Below are positions 1 through 13,079 of a stretch of 64,000 nt of DNA, in pieces (the first letter of the stretch is position 1; every line of letters begins with the position of its first letter). Made by a program: the position numbers and the translations under genes. Source of the stretch: Octopus vulgaris (Eukaryota); NCBI GenBank assembly GCA_951406725.2, contig OX597814.1, positions 141,050,001 through 141,114,000 of the forward strand. Direction: 5' to 3'. The notes beneath the pieces were generated by a model. The model made no database searches. It was not told where the DNA came from and saw only the letters and a program-made list of their open reading frames with translations.

Positions 1-175
1 AATTTTGACAAAGGGCCAATAATTTTGAGAGAAGGGGCAAGTGATTACATCGACGCCAATTCATGACTGGTACTTATTTTTTCGTGTCTGAAAGGATGAA
101 AAACTGAAGTGGACCTCAGAACGTAAAGAGTCGGAAGAAATGCTGCCAGTTATTTTATCCGACACGCTAACGATA
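1..175 (-). mobile_element. SINE family B copy (central GCCTTTCATCCTTTCGGGGTCGATAAA domain, Meta-domain-like), degenerate
   Basis: Reverse complement matches the B copies at 870-1075 and 27593-27812. Confidence 0.7.
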
Positions 176-377
176 ACGAGGAGTTTTTAACTGGTAGTAG
201 CACTTGCATTTGCAAGTTGTTTGCTGAAAAAAAAAATCCTTCGAAAATTCCCCTTGAACCTTTTCAGAAGTTTGGCTCTAAGAAGACACGAACACGTATT
301 TCTACTTTATCAGATGGAGCGCTCTGACTAAATAATTTATAGAGCCAGTAATGTTTAAGATTGTGAAAATCTATAAA

Positions 378-670
378 TGTAGCCTGGCAAGTGATTTGAT
401 CTGAAACCGTGTGTTGATACTAAAGTAATTATAGCGTGGAAGACATATATTAGCCATTCCAAAACGCACAAAGACTATTAACTTCATTTAAACATTTATT
501 GTTTGGTGTCAAAATTTCCGTATGTATTGCAGTGGAACGGACCGTGTCAATGACCAGGTCGTTGTTGATGTTACGAAAATTTCGACACCAAATGATAAAT
601 ACTTAAGTGAATTTAACAGCTTTTCTGTATTTCCGAATGGCTAATATGTGTCTTCCACGTTGTAATTGCT
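378..670. mobile_element. Palindromic MITE-like DNA element remnant
   Basis: Imperfect inverted arms CGTGGAAGACATATATTAGCCATTC...TTTGGTGTCAAAATTT / AAAATTTTCGACACCAAA...GAATGGCTAATATGTGTCTTCCACG; related partial copy at ~3600-3770. Confidence 0.6.
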
Positions 671-869
671 ATAAATATATCTATTGTTCATAACAAGGTA
701 AATTATTTATTAGATTTGATATATGTTAGGTAGTTTGTAACACGGATAAGTTATCGGTACTTCGATTACCAACGCATACAGGGATATTGTAATAACAATT
801 CTTTATATAGAGATTTTCACAGTATGACAAAATCCGGTAACAATATAAATTGGGGATATTACGTTATGA

Positions 870-1075
870 CAAGCTGGCAGAATCGTTAGCATGCCGGGCA
901 AAATGCTTAGCAGCACTTCGTCTGTTTCGTATTCTGAGTTCAAATTCCGCCGAGGTCGACTTTGCTTTTCATCCTTTCAGGGTCGATAAAATAAATACTA
1001 CTTGGACACTGGGGTCGCTGTAATCGACTTACTCCTTCCCCCCAAATTTCAGGCCCTGTGCCTATAGTAGAAAAG
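870..1075 (+). mobile_element. SINE family B copy
   Basis: AGCTGGCAGAATCGTTAGC (A-box-like), GAGTTCAAATTCC (B-box-like), GAGGTCGACTTTGCTTTTCATCCTTTC domain; more than 12 related copies in the window. Confidence 0.8.
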
Positions 1076-1112
1076 ATATTACGTTGTAACTTTCTGAACA
1101 TCTCTCCAAATG

Positions 1113-1187
1113 TGGCTATAATAAGGACTTGAACGCTCGTCCACCAGTTTACTAGACCGCTGTTCTAACCAACTAAGCCAAGGAGAG
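1113..1187 (-). pseudogene. Decayed tRNA-Thr(AGT)
   Basis: Reverse complement ...TGGCTTAGTTGGTTAGAACAGCGGTCTAGTAAACTGGTGGACGAGCGTTCAAGTCC...; same anticodon loop as 5656-5729, acceptor and T stems broken. Confidence 0.7.
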
Positions 1188-2483
1188 AAATGATTGCGAC
1201 AAAAGAATTCATATTGTTTTATTGGTTGGGCGGCTATTCGCAGCATTTGTGAATGTTTTATTCGCGGTTTTCTATATCAGAAGCGACAAATTCTCATCTA
1301 GGTATGTGGCTGGATGCGAGTACACGTCACGGAGGAATCCCAACAAAGCTGAAATGCATCTGGCGTTCTCTATGGCTGCTGTTGGGGCGTTTTTGATCTC
1401 CCTCCGCTATTTGGATGGATCGTAGTCCGAGAAAGGAGGTTCTGCAATTTCTTGTTGAACAACCTGCACAAATGATTGATTTACAATGATTAAATGTTTG
1501 TGTTGTACATTAGCTCATTCCCTCTATCAAATCTACGTTGCCTGAACAGGTATCGAAGTGATGGCAAAGCAATGTGAAATGAAGTTCTTTGCTCAAGAAA
1601 ACAACGCATTACCTGACTGAGGAATTGAAACCACAATCGTGAGTGCAACACCACGCACCCTCGATCCCTCCGATATTTGTGTTTTTAACACAGCACGTCC
1701 TGAAGAGACGTTATTTTATGGACGAATGCTGCAATAATTGGTTTCTTAAATAATGCATATACATTAAGTATGATACATATATGGCTATGAAATATTATTT
1801 ATTACCCGAAATATCCACCAGTTATGGATGGATCTTGGTTAGAATTTCCAAGCGATGAATTTTCAGTTATTGTTTCAACTATATTGCTAAACTTACTGAA
1901 TTAGCCTGTAAGTGACTGAGCATTTCACAGACATGCCTACCCTTAGGTGGAACAAGCGCGACACTGTGTGATGAAGCTGGAACCTTAAACTACAGTTACA
2001 ATCCTTCCCACAAGCTTCTACCCAAACCTCACTCTACTTAGTTTCACTGTCCCGAGATGCAGGCAGTGGTTTTGAATCCAGGACCTCGTGATTGTGGAGC
2101 TATCTTCTTAACCGTTCGCTATACTGCACCTAGAGATATAGATAACATTTGTAAATTATTGTTATTTATACAGAACACAGGCGAAAACAAGAGTATTATT
2201 ATAACCGTTTTTCTATTAAAGAATGTTTCAATAAGAGTATCGGATATACTCTCTGTCTAGACTGGATATACTATAATTGATGGCTATTTCTTCAGTAGCT
2301 TCTTTGATTCTTATAACTTGAGACATCTCACTCTTTCACACACAAGCTTACTATGTATATAACACGCTCTGTGTGTGTGTGTGTGTATACACACATATAT
2401 GAGTGTGTGTGCATATATGTATATATTGATACTTTCATAAAACCTGCTCTCTCTCTCTCACCTGTCTCTCTCTGTCGCTTCCT

Positions 2484-2523
<40 letters not shown>

Positions 2524-3802
2524 TTATGCAATTGAAAAATTAATGTTATTTAAATACTACTCAGAACACTTTGTAAGATTCTTTTGACATTACAAATATC
2601 AAATTATGTATTTTGTTGTTGTGAAGACAGAAAAGACGTGTGCTATAATGTAACAATAAAAATATCCTGGAAATCTACAAAGAGACATCTGTAAATAATG
2701 ATAGAGTGATTTTCTATTGAATGACAAATTCTAATACCCCTATTAAAAAGAATTCTTTAAAAATAAGAGTCGCTATTACGTTTCTTTTGTATCTTGTATA
2801 GTATTAAAAACGCATTAACTTTCAAATGTTACATATATCTCACAAGTATCTTATGCAATAAAAATCTATAATATATTTTCTTTGAACAACCGAATAATAT
2901 GTCTATATTTTTTAATAGATTGGCGTCTGTTACGAAGTGTCTTTATCGGTCATAAAATTCATAAAATACAAGTTTGTGTACGATGAAAAGAGGTATGTCC
3001 TCTATGAATATCTGCAATATGTACTGCTTTGTGTAAAGGCTCTTCTTTATAGCAGCTTATCCAGAAAAATTTACAATAAAATTTCCATGATTTATGTATG
3101 ATATTGCGTGCAGTTTAGTTCGTAATCTCCTCTTCTTTTCTATTAATTGTTTGAGCTGAGAGTAGACCATTAGATATATCAGTTAATAAATAATCTACGT
3201 TATACTTAATTTTAAACATTAGAACAGTGATATATTTTATAGAGGCCTTCAGATGAAAATGGTCGTCTCCATTGCACAATCTTTTTGGACTAGTCCGAAT
3301 GTATTCAGAGCCACATGATCTAAGTGAATTTTTATATGATATTTAAAAGCTTTGTGTAAAAGTCAAGCTGCCAAAGAAATTTTAACATTATTATGAAAAA
3401 TATAAAAGATTTTTAATTCCGTTCTTTTGGAGGCGTATAAAATAATATGTATGTCAATAATTTAAATTCTCTTGGAGTAAATCTTCTTAACGACTTTGGT
3501 GTGAATTTTATACATGATAATAACGATCTTGGCAAATACAGCGTGTAAAGTTCATTCTAGCAATTCAGAACCACAAGCAAAACGGTTAACTTTACTTTGT
3601 TATTTAATACATGGTGTCAAAATTTTTGTCACACCGTCTGTAACCAATTTATTGATATAATTTCACAGTTTTTGTGTGTTTTTTGAATGGCTAAAATGAG
3701 TCTTCCACGTTATCATTTCTTGCATTTCAACACACATTCTCAGATCAAATCACTTGCCAGACAAGTGTACAACTCCGAAATAGCAATATTTTCCTTGTGT
3801 GT

Positions 3803-3950
3803 GAAGGCGCGTAGCTTAGTGGTTAGGCTATTCGGCTCACGATCGTAAGGTGATGAGTTCGATACCCGGCGGCGCGTTGTGTTCTTGAGCAAGACATTTT
3901 ATTTCACGTAGTTCCAGTCCATTCTACTCAGCTAGCAAACATGAGTAGTA
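3803..3950 (+). mobile_element. tRNA-headed SINE family C, 5' part
   Basis: GGCGCGTAGCTTAGTGGTTAGG...GAGTTCGATACCC...TGTGTTCTTGAGCAAGACA; matches copies at 48143, 55413 and 58506. Confidence 0.8.
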
Positions 3951-3954
3951 TGTA

Positions 3955-4442
3955 GGGCGGCAAACCGGCAGAATCGTAAGTAGGGCGAGCAAAATGATTA
4001 ACGATATTTCGACTGCCGTTACGTTCTGAGTTCGAATTCCGCCGAGGTCGACTTTGCTTTTCATCCTTTCGGGGTCGATTAAATAAGTACCAGTTACACA
4101 CTGGGGTCGATATAATCGACTTAATCCGTTTGCCTGCCCTTGTTTGTCTTCTCTGTGTTTAGCCTCTTGTGGATAGTAAAGAAATATTTCGACTGCAAAT
4201 ATGGACGAAATCAATGGAAAATATTGGTTTCAAATTTTGACAAGGCCAGAAATTTCAGGAAAGAGGATTAAGATAATTACATCGACCCCAGTGCTCAGCT
4301 GGTACTTATTTTATCGTCCTAGAAAGGAAAGAAAGGTAAAGTCGACCTTGGCGGAATATGAGCTGAGAGCGTAAAGACGGACGAAATGCCGCTAAGCACT
4401 TACCCCAGTGTGCTAACGGTTCTGCCAGCTCACCACCTTAAA
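3955..4442. mobile_element. Two SINE family B copies, tail-to-tail (+ 3955-4190, - 4222-4442)
   Basis: Family B motifs present in both orientations. Confidence 0.75.
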
Positions 4443-5655
4443 GCGGTAGAAAATAATAGTAATGGTGATACCAATCGTCCTATTATAAACCACACAACTC
4501 CGATCGACTCAACTGTCTTCACATTAAATTATAGCGGATCTTTAACACAATTTTCAGGTAGAATCAGCGTGATACAAAGTGTAACAAGGTTGAATCCACT
4601 GGATCACAAGTATAATTTGTCTGATTGGCTTCCATGCAGTTTGTGTCTATATTTTTTTGGATCCTTTTGAAATTTCTTCCTACCGTCAAATTTAGTTTTC
4701 CTTGGAAACAGACAGTTGTGACTTCCAGTATGTCGGCAAAAAAGGCTTCCGATTTGCTAAAATTACATAACTTTAACCCTTTTCCTGCCCTGCGTATCAT
4801 TTGTAATACTCTGGACATATTTCACTCGTGTCCATACATCTTATCTGGTGCACATTCGCATCGGTTTTCAACCACTAGAGCAACTTGGGACTTATGAAAG
4901 GAAAGCGTTATATTACTCATAACGTATGAAACAATGGCTAACTAAAAGACTGAAAACAAGCATAGACATTTAGGACAAACTTATGAAGCAGAAGGGGTTA
5001 AAAGTTTGTAACTTTATTTCATGTTTTATCTTTTACCTGCTTCATTCATTAGACTGCGGCCCTACTAGATCGAACGAATCACCACCCCTGTACAAATTTT
5101 CTTTGTACCCATCTTATCAGTATCTTTTGTTATGAGGGCGTACAGACATCAACACCGGTTGTCAAGCAGTGGTGGTGGAGAAACACAGACACAAAGATAC
5201 ACACACATGTATATGAAGCATTTCTGTCAGTTTCCGTCTACCAAATCCACACACAAGGCTTTTTTAGCCAGCGCTTTTTATCAATATCTCGAGAAAATAA
5301 ATCTAATTTTCATCATCAGCATTGCAAGACTATATTAGTGTTGAAAATTCGAAATAAATTGCCAGGTAGTAGGACTGAACGCAGCGTCTCACAATTACTA
5401 TGCAGACCTCTTAACCAACACGGCCATGTCTGAAACGACATTGATAAAGTAAGGCGTGACTGCCTGCTTGCGAAAGTTAAATTCTGAAATTGTTCTCTCA
5501 CTAAACTGCCTGGTGTCGCTGAAGATTCTCCTCTTGACACAATAAAGTTATTATCATGCTAAAACTTGCTGTCAAGCTTCTTTTCATTATCTTTGCGCAT
5601 AGTTCAGATAAAGAAATCATTTAAAGTCAGTAGTAAAACATCTTCGGACGCAGCT

Positions 5656-5729
5656 GGCTCCATAGCTCAGTTGGTTAGAGCGCCAGTCTAGTAAACTGGA
5701 GGTCGAGGGTTCGAATCCCCCTGGAGCCT
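5656..5729 (+). tRNA. tRNA-Thr (anticodon AGT)
   Basis: GGCTCCA/TGGAGCC acceptor stem, A box TAGCTCAGTTGG, anticodon arm CCAGT-CTAGTAA-ACTGG, T arm GGTTCGAATCC, TTTTT Pol III terminator at 5731-5735. Confidence 0.95.
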
Positions 5730-6526
5730 GTTTTTGCTGTTAGTTGATCGTATTTTATTTAAATACTTTTTTTTTCGTATACACTTTGTGTTTATTTTTA
5801 GCAAACGTTCTCTTTTGCGAACCAACGAGGATAGATAAATTCTATGCAGTTTGCTTGAAAAAGTAGCCAAATCTCACTCAAATACCAACCGGTTGTCTTA
5901 AGAATGAACAAATAGTATGTATGTAGACCTCATTTCCTTGCACATAGGGGATGCATTTGACCAAATCTTTTCAATCAGAGTTGATTCCGGTCTAAACAAA
6001 AGCAACAACAGCATCAGAGAACAACTACAGCAGCCTTAGCAACCATAACTACTGTTAAACAACTTTAGGTCTTTTGTAGATTGTAATGATTTCTGGCAAG
6101 TTTCTATTTTTTTGTCATTTTTTTTTTACAAAACATTTTGTTTCAGTCACTCGACTGCGGCCAAGATGGGTCACCGATTTGAAGTGTTTAATAAAACAAA
6201 TCTACACCAGTACTTATTTATACAATCTGTTACCAAATTTATCGGTATTTTTCGCCGAACAGCTAATTTATAGGAACGTAAACAGACCGACACCGGTTGT
6301 CAAACGGTGGTGAGGGGCGATTGCAAAGACACACGCGCACGCATACAAATGTATGTACATATACTTTTCCCCTACTAAAATTCACTCACAAGGAACTGAT
6401 TGACAGAGCTATAATAGAAAACACAAGCCCAAGGTCCCGCTCAGTGGGACTGAATCTAAGAGAGTTTCAAACGGAAAAAAATATGTACAATTAATTATTT
6501 AAAGACAAATGACTGTCAGCAAAATC

Positions 6527-6600
6527 TAGTTCTAAAGAGATTCGAACTCATAACCTCCTGTTTACAAGACAGGCGCGCTAACCAACTGAGCTATGGAACC
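6527..6600 (-). tRNA. tRNA-Thr (anticodon TGT), possibly partly decayed
   Basis: Reverse complement GGTTCCATAGCTCAGTTGGTTAGCGCGCCTGTCTTGTAAACAGGAGGTTATGAGTTCGAATCTCTTTAGAACT; one acceptor-stem and one T-stem mismatch. Confidence 0.8.
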
Positions 6601-7216
6601 AGTTAACAGTGATTAGCTTTTATTTAATAACTTTAAATTATATTTTAATCTGGACTGTGAAGTAACAAGCTCAAAGATTATGTAAAGAAGAGTTTCTGTA
6701 CAATAGTAACAATAGTAATTAGAGAACAGTGGTGGCGTTAGTAACAAACTTTTAACAGACCAGCATCTGCTTAAGGGACTGTCTATACTTGTGTGCAGAA
6801 CAAATATAGCAAAGAAGGTAACTTAAAGAGTAACTTTGTTTTACTTTTCACACAGATTTTGATTCCGTTTACGAAACATATTCACACATGTATATGTATA
6901 TACATATGCATGTATGTATAGGTGTCTGTGCTTATATATATGTATGTATATACAAACATACCTACGCACGCACACATATGTGTATCATATGTACAGACAT
7001 ATGTGTATGTGAGACGGTCTTCCAACATTTTCGTCTTCTAAAATTCACTTAAAAGGCATTGATTGGCACAGGACTATAATAAAAACATCCTCTTCATATA
7101 CAGGTATACAAGGTGCTGCGCAATGCGATCGAACCCGAAATCAAGTGATAGCCTACGCTACAGAAAAGTAATTGCATAAATACGGTCGACTACCGACAGA
7201 GGAGAAAAAAAAAAGC

Positions 7217-7290
7217 AGGCTCCAAAGGGATTCGAACACTTGACCTCCAGTTTACTAGACTGGCGCTCTAACCAACTGAGCTATGGAGCC
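7217..7290 (-). tRNA. tRNA-Thr (anticodon AGT)
   Basis: Near-identical to 5656-5729, one T-stem mismatch, followed on the minus strand by a long T-run terminator. Confidence 0.9.
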
Positions 7291-7521
7291 AGACACCTGT
7301 CGCGGCCTTTTGCTTACGAAGTTCAAGCAAACATGAAGATAATGTAACGAAGCGAAAGTTACTTATAAGCGCTAGTTACAGATTTTCAACAGACCGGTTC
7401 CTGACGGCATGATTGGTAAGGGAGTGTCTCTAACTTTGTGCAGAACAAACACAGCAAGAAACTTCGTTCAAAGAGCATCAGTGTTTGAATTTTCTCGCCG
7501 ATTTTTACATCGTTTACCGAT

Positions 7522-7885
7522 ATTCTTTTATTCTTTTACTTATTTCAATCATTTGACTGCGGCCATGCTGAAGCACCGCCTTTAGCCGAACAAATCAACC
7601 CCAGGACTTATTCTTTGTAAGTCTAGTACTTATTCTATCGGAATATTTTTGCCGAACTGCTAAGTTACATGGGCGTAAACACACCAGCATCGGTTGTCAA
7701 GCGATGTTGGGGGGACAAACACACACACACACACATGACAAGATTCTTTCAGTTTCCGTCTACCAAGTCCAGTCACAGAGCTTTGGACGGCCCGAAGCTA
7801 TAGTAGAAGACACTTGTCCAAGGTGTCACACAGTGGGCCTGAACCCGGAACCATGTGGTTGGTAAGCAAGCTACTTACCACACAA
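7522..7885 (-). mobile_element. SINE family A copy
   Basis: Reverse complement of the family A consensus seen at 39935-40355. Confidence 0.85.
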
Positions 7886-8400
7886 ACTTATACACACATA
7901 CATGATGATTGCTTAATCTTGTCAAATGATAAGCTGAGTAACATTCAGCCCGCGTGATCTGATTTACTTACATCCTTGCACATGCGTGGATATACTTTAT
8001 ACAATACAAAACGAACCAATAAATGAAATGAAATGATAGTGAGACGTCTGTATGCCATGGGATTTAAGGGACAAAAGCTTGTACAACACTTTTGCCGCTC
8101 TCTCGGTCACCATAGTCGGTGTCAGTAACAAGCATTGTCAGGTGACTGGTATTATTTTATGTCAGCGTTCTTTTCTCATAGAAGAGCTGCCTTCTTCACG
8201 GTTTTGTCAAAAAACACCAGAAGCTTCTTTAACCCATAGACAGGACCCTTGCAAGTACTACCGTTCGGCGCCAGAACGGTTCTAGGAGTGATGGTAATTA
8301 TGGGGCGACTTCACACTGCGAACAACTCTCGAACTCCCGAATTGGAGCCTTGCCAACGGATGTAGTTTAATGTCATACACGTGACAATTACACATACATG

Positions 8401-8432
<32 letters not shown>

Positions 8433-8800
8433 TGTATGTATGTATGTATGTATGTATGTATGTATGTATGTATGTATGTATACACATACACAAATCATGC
8501 TTCATTGAAGCTGAAAAACTTCACAAACTATTTCTCACTTTCAGTTTTGCACCAAAGTACTTTTATGTATGTATGTGTGTATGTATACACGCACATATAT
8601 ACATATATGTGTACACACACATATACACGCACACACATACACACTCACACACATTGAATTGTCTCTAATTGTGACTGAGTGTACCGGGCAGCACCTATAT
8701 TACTAGAAATAAGAGTTTAGAACCCTTAGATCTGCAAGAAAGTACATTTTCATCTATTAACAGGGGAATTAACCACCCCACAGCGAAGCTAGATCATTAT

Positions 8801-8842
8801 ACTAGACTAGTTTCGCTTGAAAATTACAAGCTCATCAGTAGT
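8801..8842 (-). ncRNA. Minimal type I hammerhead ribozyme motif, canonical core
   Basis: Reverse complement ACTA-CTGATGA-GCTTG-taatttt-CAAGC-GAAA-CTAG-TC-TAGT: stem I 4 bp, stem II 5 bp, palindromic stem III, GUC site. Confidence 0.8.
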
Positions 8843-8993
8843 GACTATTCCATTGGTGGATGGTTTGGCTAAATCCTGACTGTCAGTGTATATATTTACC
8901 ATATTAGGAATTTATGATTGATTCAGCAAAATGCAAATATGAAAATTATAAAACAAAGAAGGCAACTATATGCAATATAAAAGCTGCCTTTGA

Positions 8994-9060
<67 letters not shown>

Positions 9061-9174
9061 AGCTCCTTGTGGCCATCACATTGGAGAAGCAATGGCAAAA
9101 CACTCCAATATCTCTGCAAAGAAAACACTATGAGGAAGTCGGAATGAAGTAACGCTTTTCCCATTTCCTAGGTC

Positions 9175-9500
9175 ACTTCATCTGCAATGCTTACATGCTG
9201 TGATCCCTTTTCCAGCGGCAACTTGATGTGTTTAGCTACCTGTCCAGGCTCTGCTGTTCGTCAAGTTGACAGAAGCAAGCTGTCAAAGTAGTGGTCGCTC
9301 TCTGACAGGTTTATGGTAGAGTTTGTGACAGGTTTATGGTAGAGTTCTCAGCCTCCGGACCATGTCCCTGCTTACCACTATTGGGGATGGGGAGAGATGG
9401 CAATCTGCAGGGGCGAACCCCATGAGTCAGAGTGGCTGTTCCAGTGCATCTCCCTCGCCATCTTCCAGGGCAACGCCTTTTCCATTTTGTCTGCTGGGAT
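9175..9500 (+). mobile_element. 3' fragment of a CRE-like RLE non-LTR retrotransposon
   Basis: Encodes WLFQCISLAIFQGNAFSIL, resembling the xLFQRxSxAxQRGNAxxI C-terminus of CRE-clade elements. Confidence 0.6.
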
Positions 9501-9920
9501 AAAATGGCGGTCTGAATTACAAAGAAATCGAGAGAACGTAAGGATTTTGTTGCTTACTACACGAACAATAACATTTACAACTCCTCACGCATAAATATCA
9601 AGCAAAACCCCTATACACAATGTGTCTTTTGCCCAGTAACGCTATGGCCGCAACAGATGGAAGAACTCGCGCTTAATCGGGAAGATTGGTTGTAGTGTCA
9701 TCAACGCCCTGCAAAAGCGTTAGATACATGAAGAGAAGCGTTATAGGTAAAATCGATCTCGGCGAGAATTGTACACAAAACGTGAAGGTACATGAATAAA
9801 TACAAGATATGTTTGTCCTCCGCTCGACTGATGTTTAAGAATAATCCACCGCTCCGCAAAGAACAAAAACAAGGACTGCAGCCAATAACAGCAAATCATC
9901 AAAGAATCAACAGAAGAATA

Positions 9921-9987
<67 letters not shown>

Positions 9988-10509
9988 AAAGAGAAGAGAT
10001 ATTAAAATTACAGACATAAGAAAGAAACGGAGACGAAACAGGCCCTGTAACAGCGGTATGAATAGAAAATATATAAACACGAGATTAATTATGGTTGGAA
10101 GTATCTCAAAAGAAATTGCTAAAATGTCTAAAATGCATTGACGTGCGAACTATTTTTTCTTCTCGAATTATTTCTCTTTTATTAAATAAAGTGAGAGAAT
10201 AAGATACAGATTTCATGTTTGATGATTTTTGACATGAAGGACATATGTTAAAGCAAATATAATTTCTTCGTGTTGTGGATTCTGAGGAGATTTGGCAAGA
10301 ATACTGGCTCTTTATAATGAGAATGAAATTATATCTACATCACTGCAAATGGAATAGGAAATACACAGAATCACACACGCTCGCACGCACACACACAGAG
10401 TAATGCAAGTAGATGCAGACATACACACATGTACAAAAACGCACACATACACACCCAAACATCCATAATGACACATCACTCAGATATAGAGAAAACAGCG
10501 AGATATAGA

Positions 10510-10610
10510 AATGGATAAATGCATATAATTAAATATAGCTATACAAGTGCACATTTCTTCACATATATGCATATCTATATGATATATGTAATATATATAT
10601 ATGATATACA

Positions 10611-10658
<48 letters not shown>

Positions 10659-11095
10659 GCATATATATATGCATATATATATATGCATATATATATACAT
10701 ATCTATATGATATATGTAATATATATATGATATACATTTAATATATATATATATATATATGCATATATATATATGATATACATGTAATATATATATATGT
10801 ATATATATACATACATTTTGATGCATATGTATATATATGTATATGTATGCATATATATATATATATATTTATGCACATGCACATATATGCAGATGTATAT
10901 ACTTATACATGCACACAAATGCATATGTATGCGTATATGCATAATGTACACGCGTACCTACACATATCTATATGTCCATATGCATTATATATATATATAA
11001 GACATACGTATATGCTTATAATACACTTTCTCTACATATTCGAAGAATATACACTAAAAACATCCTACTCATATACAGGTACAAACGCGCACACA

Positions 11096-11153
<58 letters not shown>

Positions 11154-11159
11154 GTATAA

Positions 11160-11199
<40 letters not shown>

Positions 11200-11225
11200 A
11201 AATATATATATATATATATATATGC
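10510..11225. repeat. Complex (TA)n/(TACA)n low-complexity tract
   Basis: Direct reading; source of many spurious IY-repeat ORFs. Confidence 0.95.
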
Positions 11226-11837
11226 ACATTCCTAGGTAACACATACGTTCCACATTCACCCTTCCCCATACTACCATACACATTTGAACAAAATGAAAAT
11301 AAAATACAATAGAGAAATGGCGGAAAATACAGGAGGAAGAAAAGAAATGGAAGAAAGCTACGAAGATGTCAAATGATAATAATTTGAAAAAAAAAAAATG
11401 GAGTTTCTTATAATATTATTATCGATAACGTTGTTGATGCCAAAAGCTGAATAATTGCTCTCGTTGTTTGTTTCGACTGATATCAACTCTGATCCAGCAG
11501 TGCTATGATCAAAGGTATTTCAGCTTTGACCATTCATGTACTTTTTTTTTGTCTGAAAGATAGTGCTACTTAGAACTATTTTATTGGATGTGTCCATCAA
11601 GTTCTTGGAGAATGTGTCCTTGGCATGTACGTATGAATGTATATATATATATCATGGCTGTGCGGTTAAGAAGCTCGCTTAAAAGTCGAGTGGTTTCCGG
11701 TTCAGTCCCGCTGCGTGACACTTCGGGCGAGTATCTTCTACTTTAGTCACGGGTCACCAAATGCCTCGCGTGTGAATTTGGTTGACGGAAACTGTGTGGA
11801 AGCCTATGGAAGGTATGTACGTATGTATGTGTGTTTG

Positions 11838-11893
<56 letters not shown>

Positions 11894-12164
11894 CGAGGCT
11901 TAGGGGTTAGGGTGTTGCACTCATGATCGTAAGATTAAGGTTTCGATTCTTGGACCGGGTGATGCATTTTATTGTTGCACAAAACATTCCTCTTTACGTT
12001 TCTCTTCATTCAGCTGCCAAAATTGACTGACGGGAGATCTGTCCAGTAGGGAATATATTCGCCATAGAATGCAGGGAAAAGACTTTATGAATCCATGGCT
12101 CAAGAAGGACCTTTGATTCTTTGCTCCAGCATGGATGCAGTCAAATGACTAAAACATGTAAAAG

Positions 12165-12830
12165 GCCACGTGCTATCCGCCCACAATAAAAATAGATCTC
12201 AGGACATATAACAACATTACGTCACAACTACTTTATCCCAACCGGTCCAGCTCTCTTTAATACCATACCAAAATACGTCAAAACGGAAACGAATCCCATA
12301 AAATTCAAAATTCAGTGGACAATTTTTCTTCAGAAAATCCCGGACCAACCTCCTACACCCGGATATGTCTTCAACAGTAATAACTCTTTGCTAGAGTGGG
12401 CCATGGTGCCCCTTATATGATTAAAAGACTTCACCAGGCGTTGCTATTAATTTAGACATGGACTGGGCCTATACTGGCTGAAAATCCTTCTCTAATTCCC
12501 TTTTTCTCCCCCTCCCTCCTTCACCGTGTGCTATCTGTCTCTCTCCTCTCTTCCTTTTTCTCTATCTTTCTGTCTCGTTGCTCATACGTAACCATCGTCC
12601 ATATTTCTTTTCCTCACGTGACCATCTTTCTTTTCTTGCACGGACGTTCAAAAGAACTGACGTTTTTTCTGTCTCTTCTGTCTTATCTCTTTTCAAAAAG
12701 ATGTTTCTTACAGGTCCTCTATTTTCTTCTCGTTCTGGTCAACGACCCTCCATGTTTGCCTTCGTTCGGTTTCCTTGTATGTCTCCACTGTCAGGCCTTT
12801 CTTCCTAACTTTGACTCTCCATAAATCTTA
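12165..12830 (+). mobile_element. 3' end of a CR1/Jockey-group LINE with pyrimidine-rich 3' region
   Basis: Translates as LFNTIPKYVK...KFKIQWTIFLQKIPDQPPTPGY...NSLLEW, a typical LINE ORF2 C-terminus. Confidence 0.6.
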
Positions 12831-13010
12831 AATTTTATTTTAGAATATATGGAGCAATTGACTCATATTGTTGAATGCTCGAAATAAGTAGACAGCCGAC
12901 AACCGATGAAGGGTCCTTTCTCTGTGTTTACTTGTCCTGTTTTCCATTTTTTTTCGTTGTTTACGTATTCCATGTTGTTTGAACCGATGGTGACGTCCTG
13001 TACCCACATA

Positions 13011-13079
<69 letters not shown>

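Noticed and set aside
1697-1740. CTGAAGA...GGACGAAT hammerhead-like string
   Set aside because: Stems II and III do not pair and GAAA is altered
3803-3875. tRNA-like heads here and at 48143, 55413 and 58506
   Set aside because: No closed cloverleaf; they continue into SINE body
10030-10055. GAAACAGGCCCTGTAACAG, hammerhead 3' half
   Set aside because: No matching CTGANGA and stem I partner found upstream on the same strand
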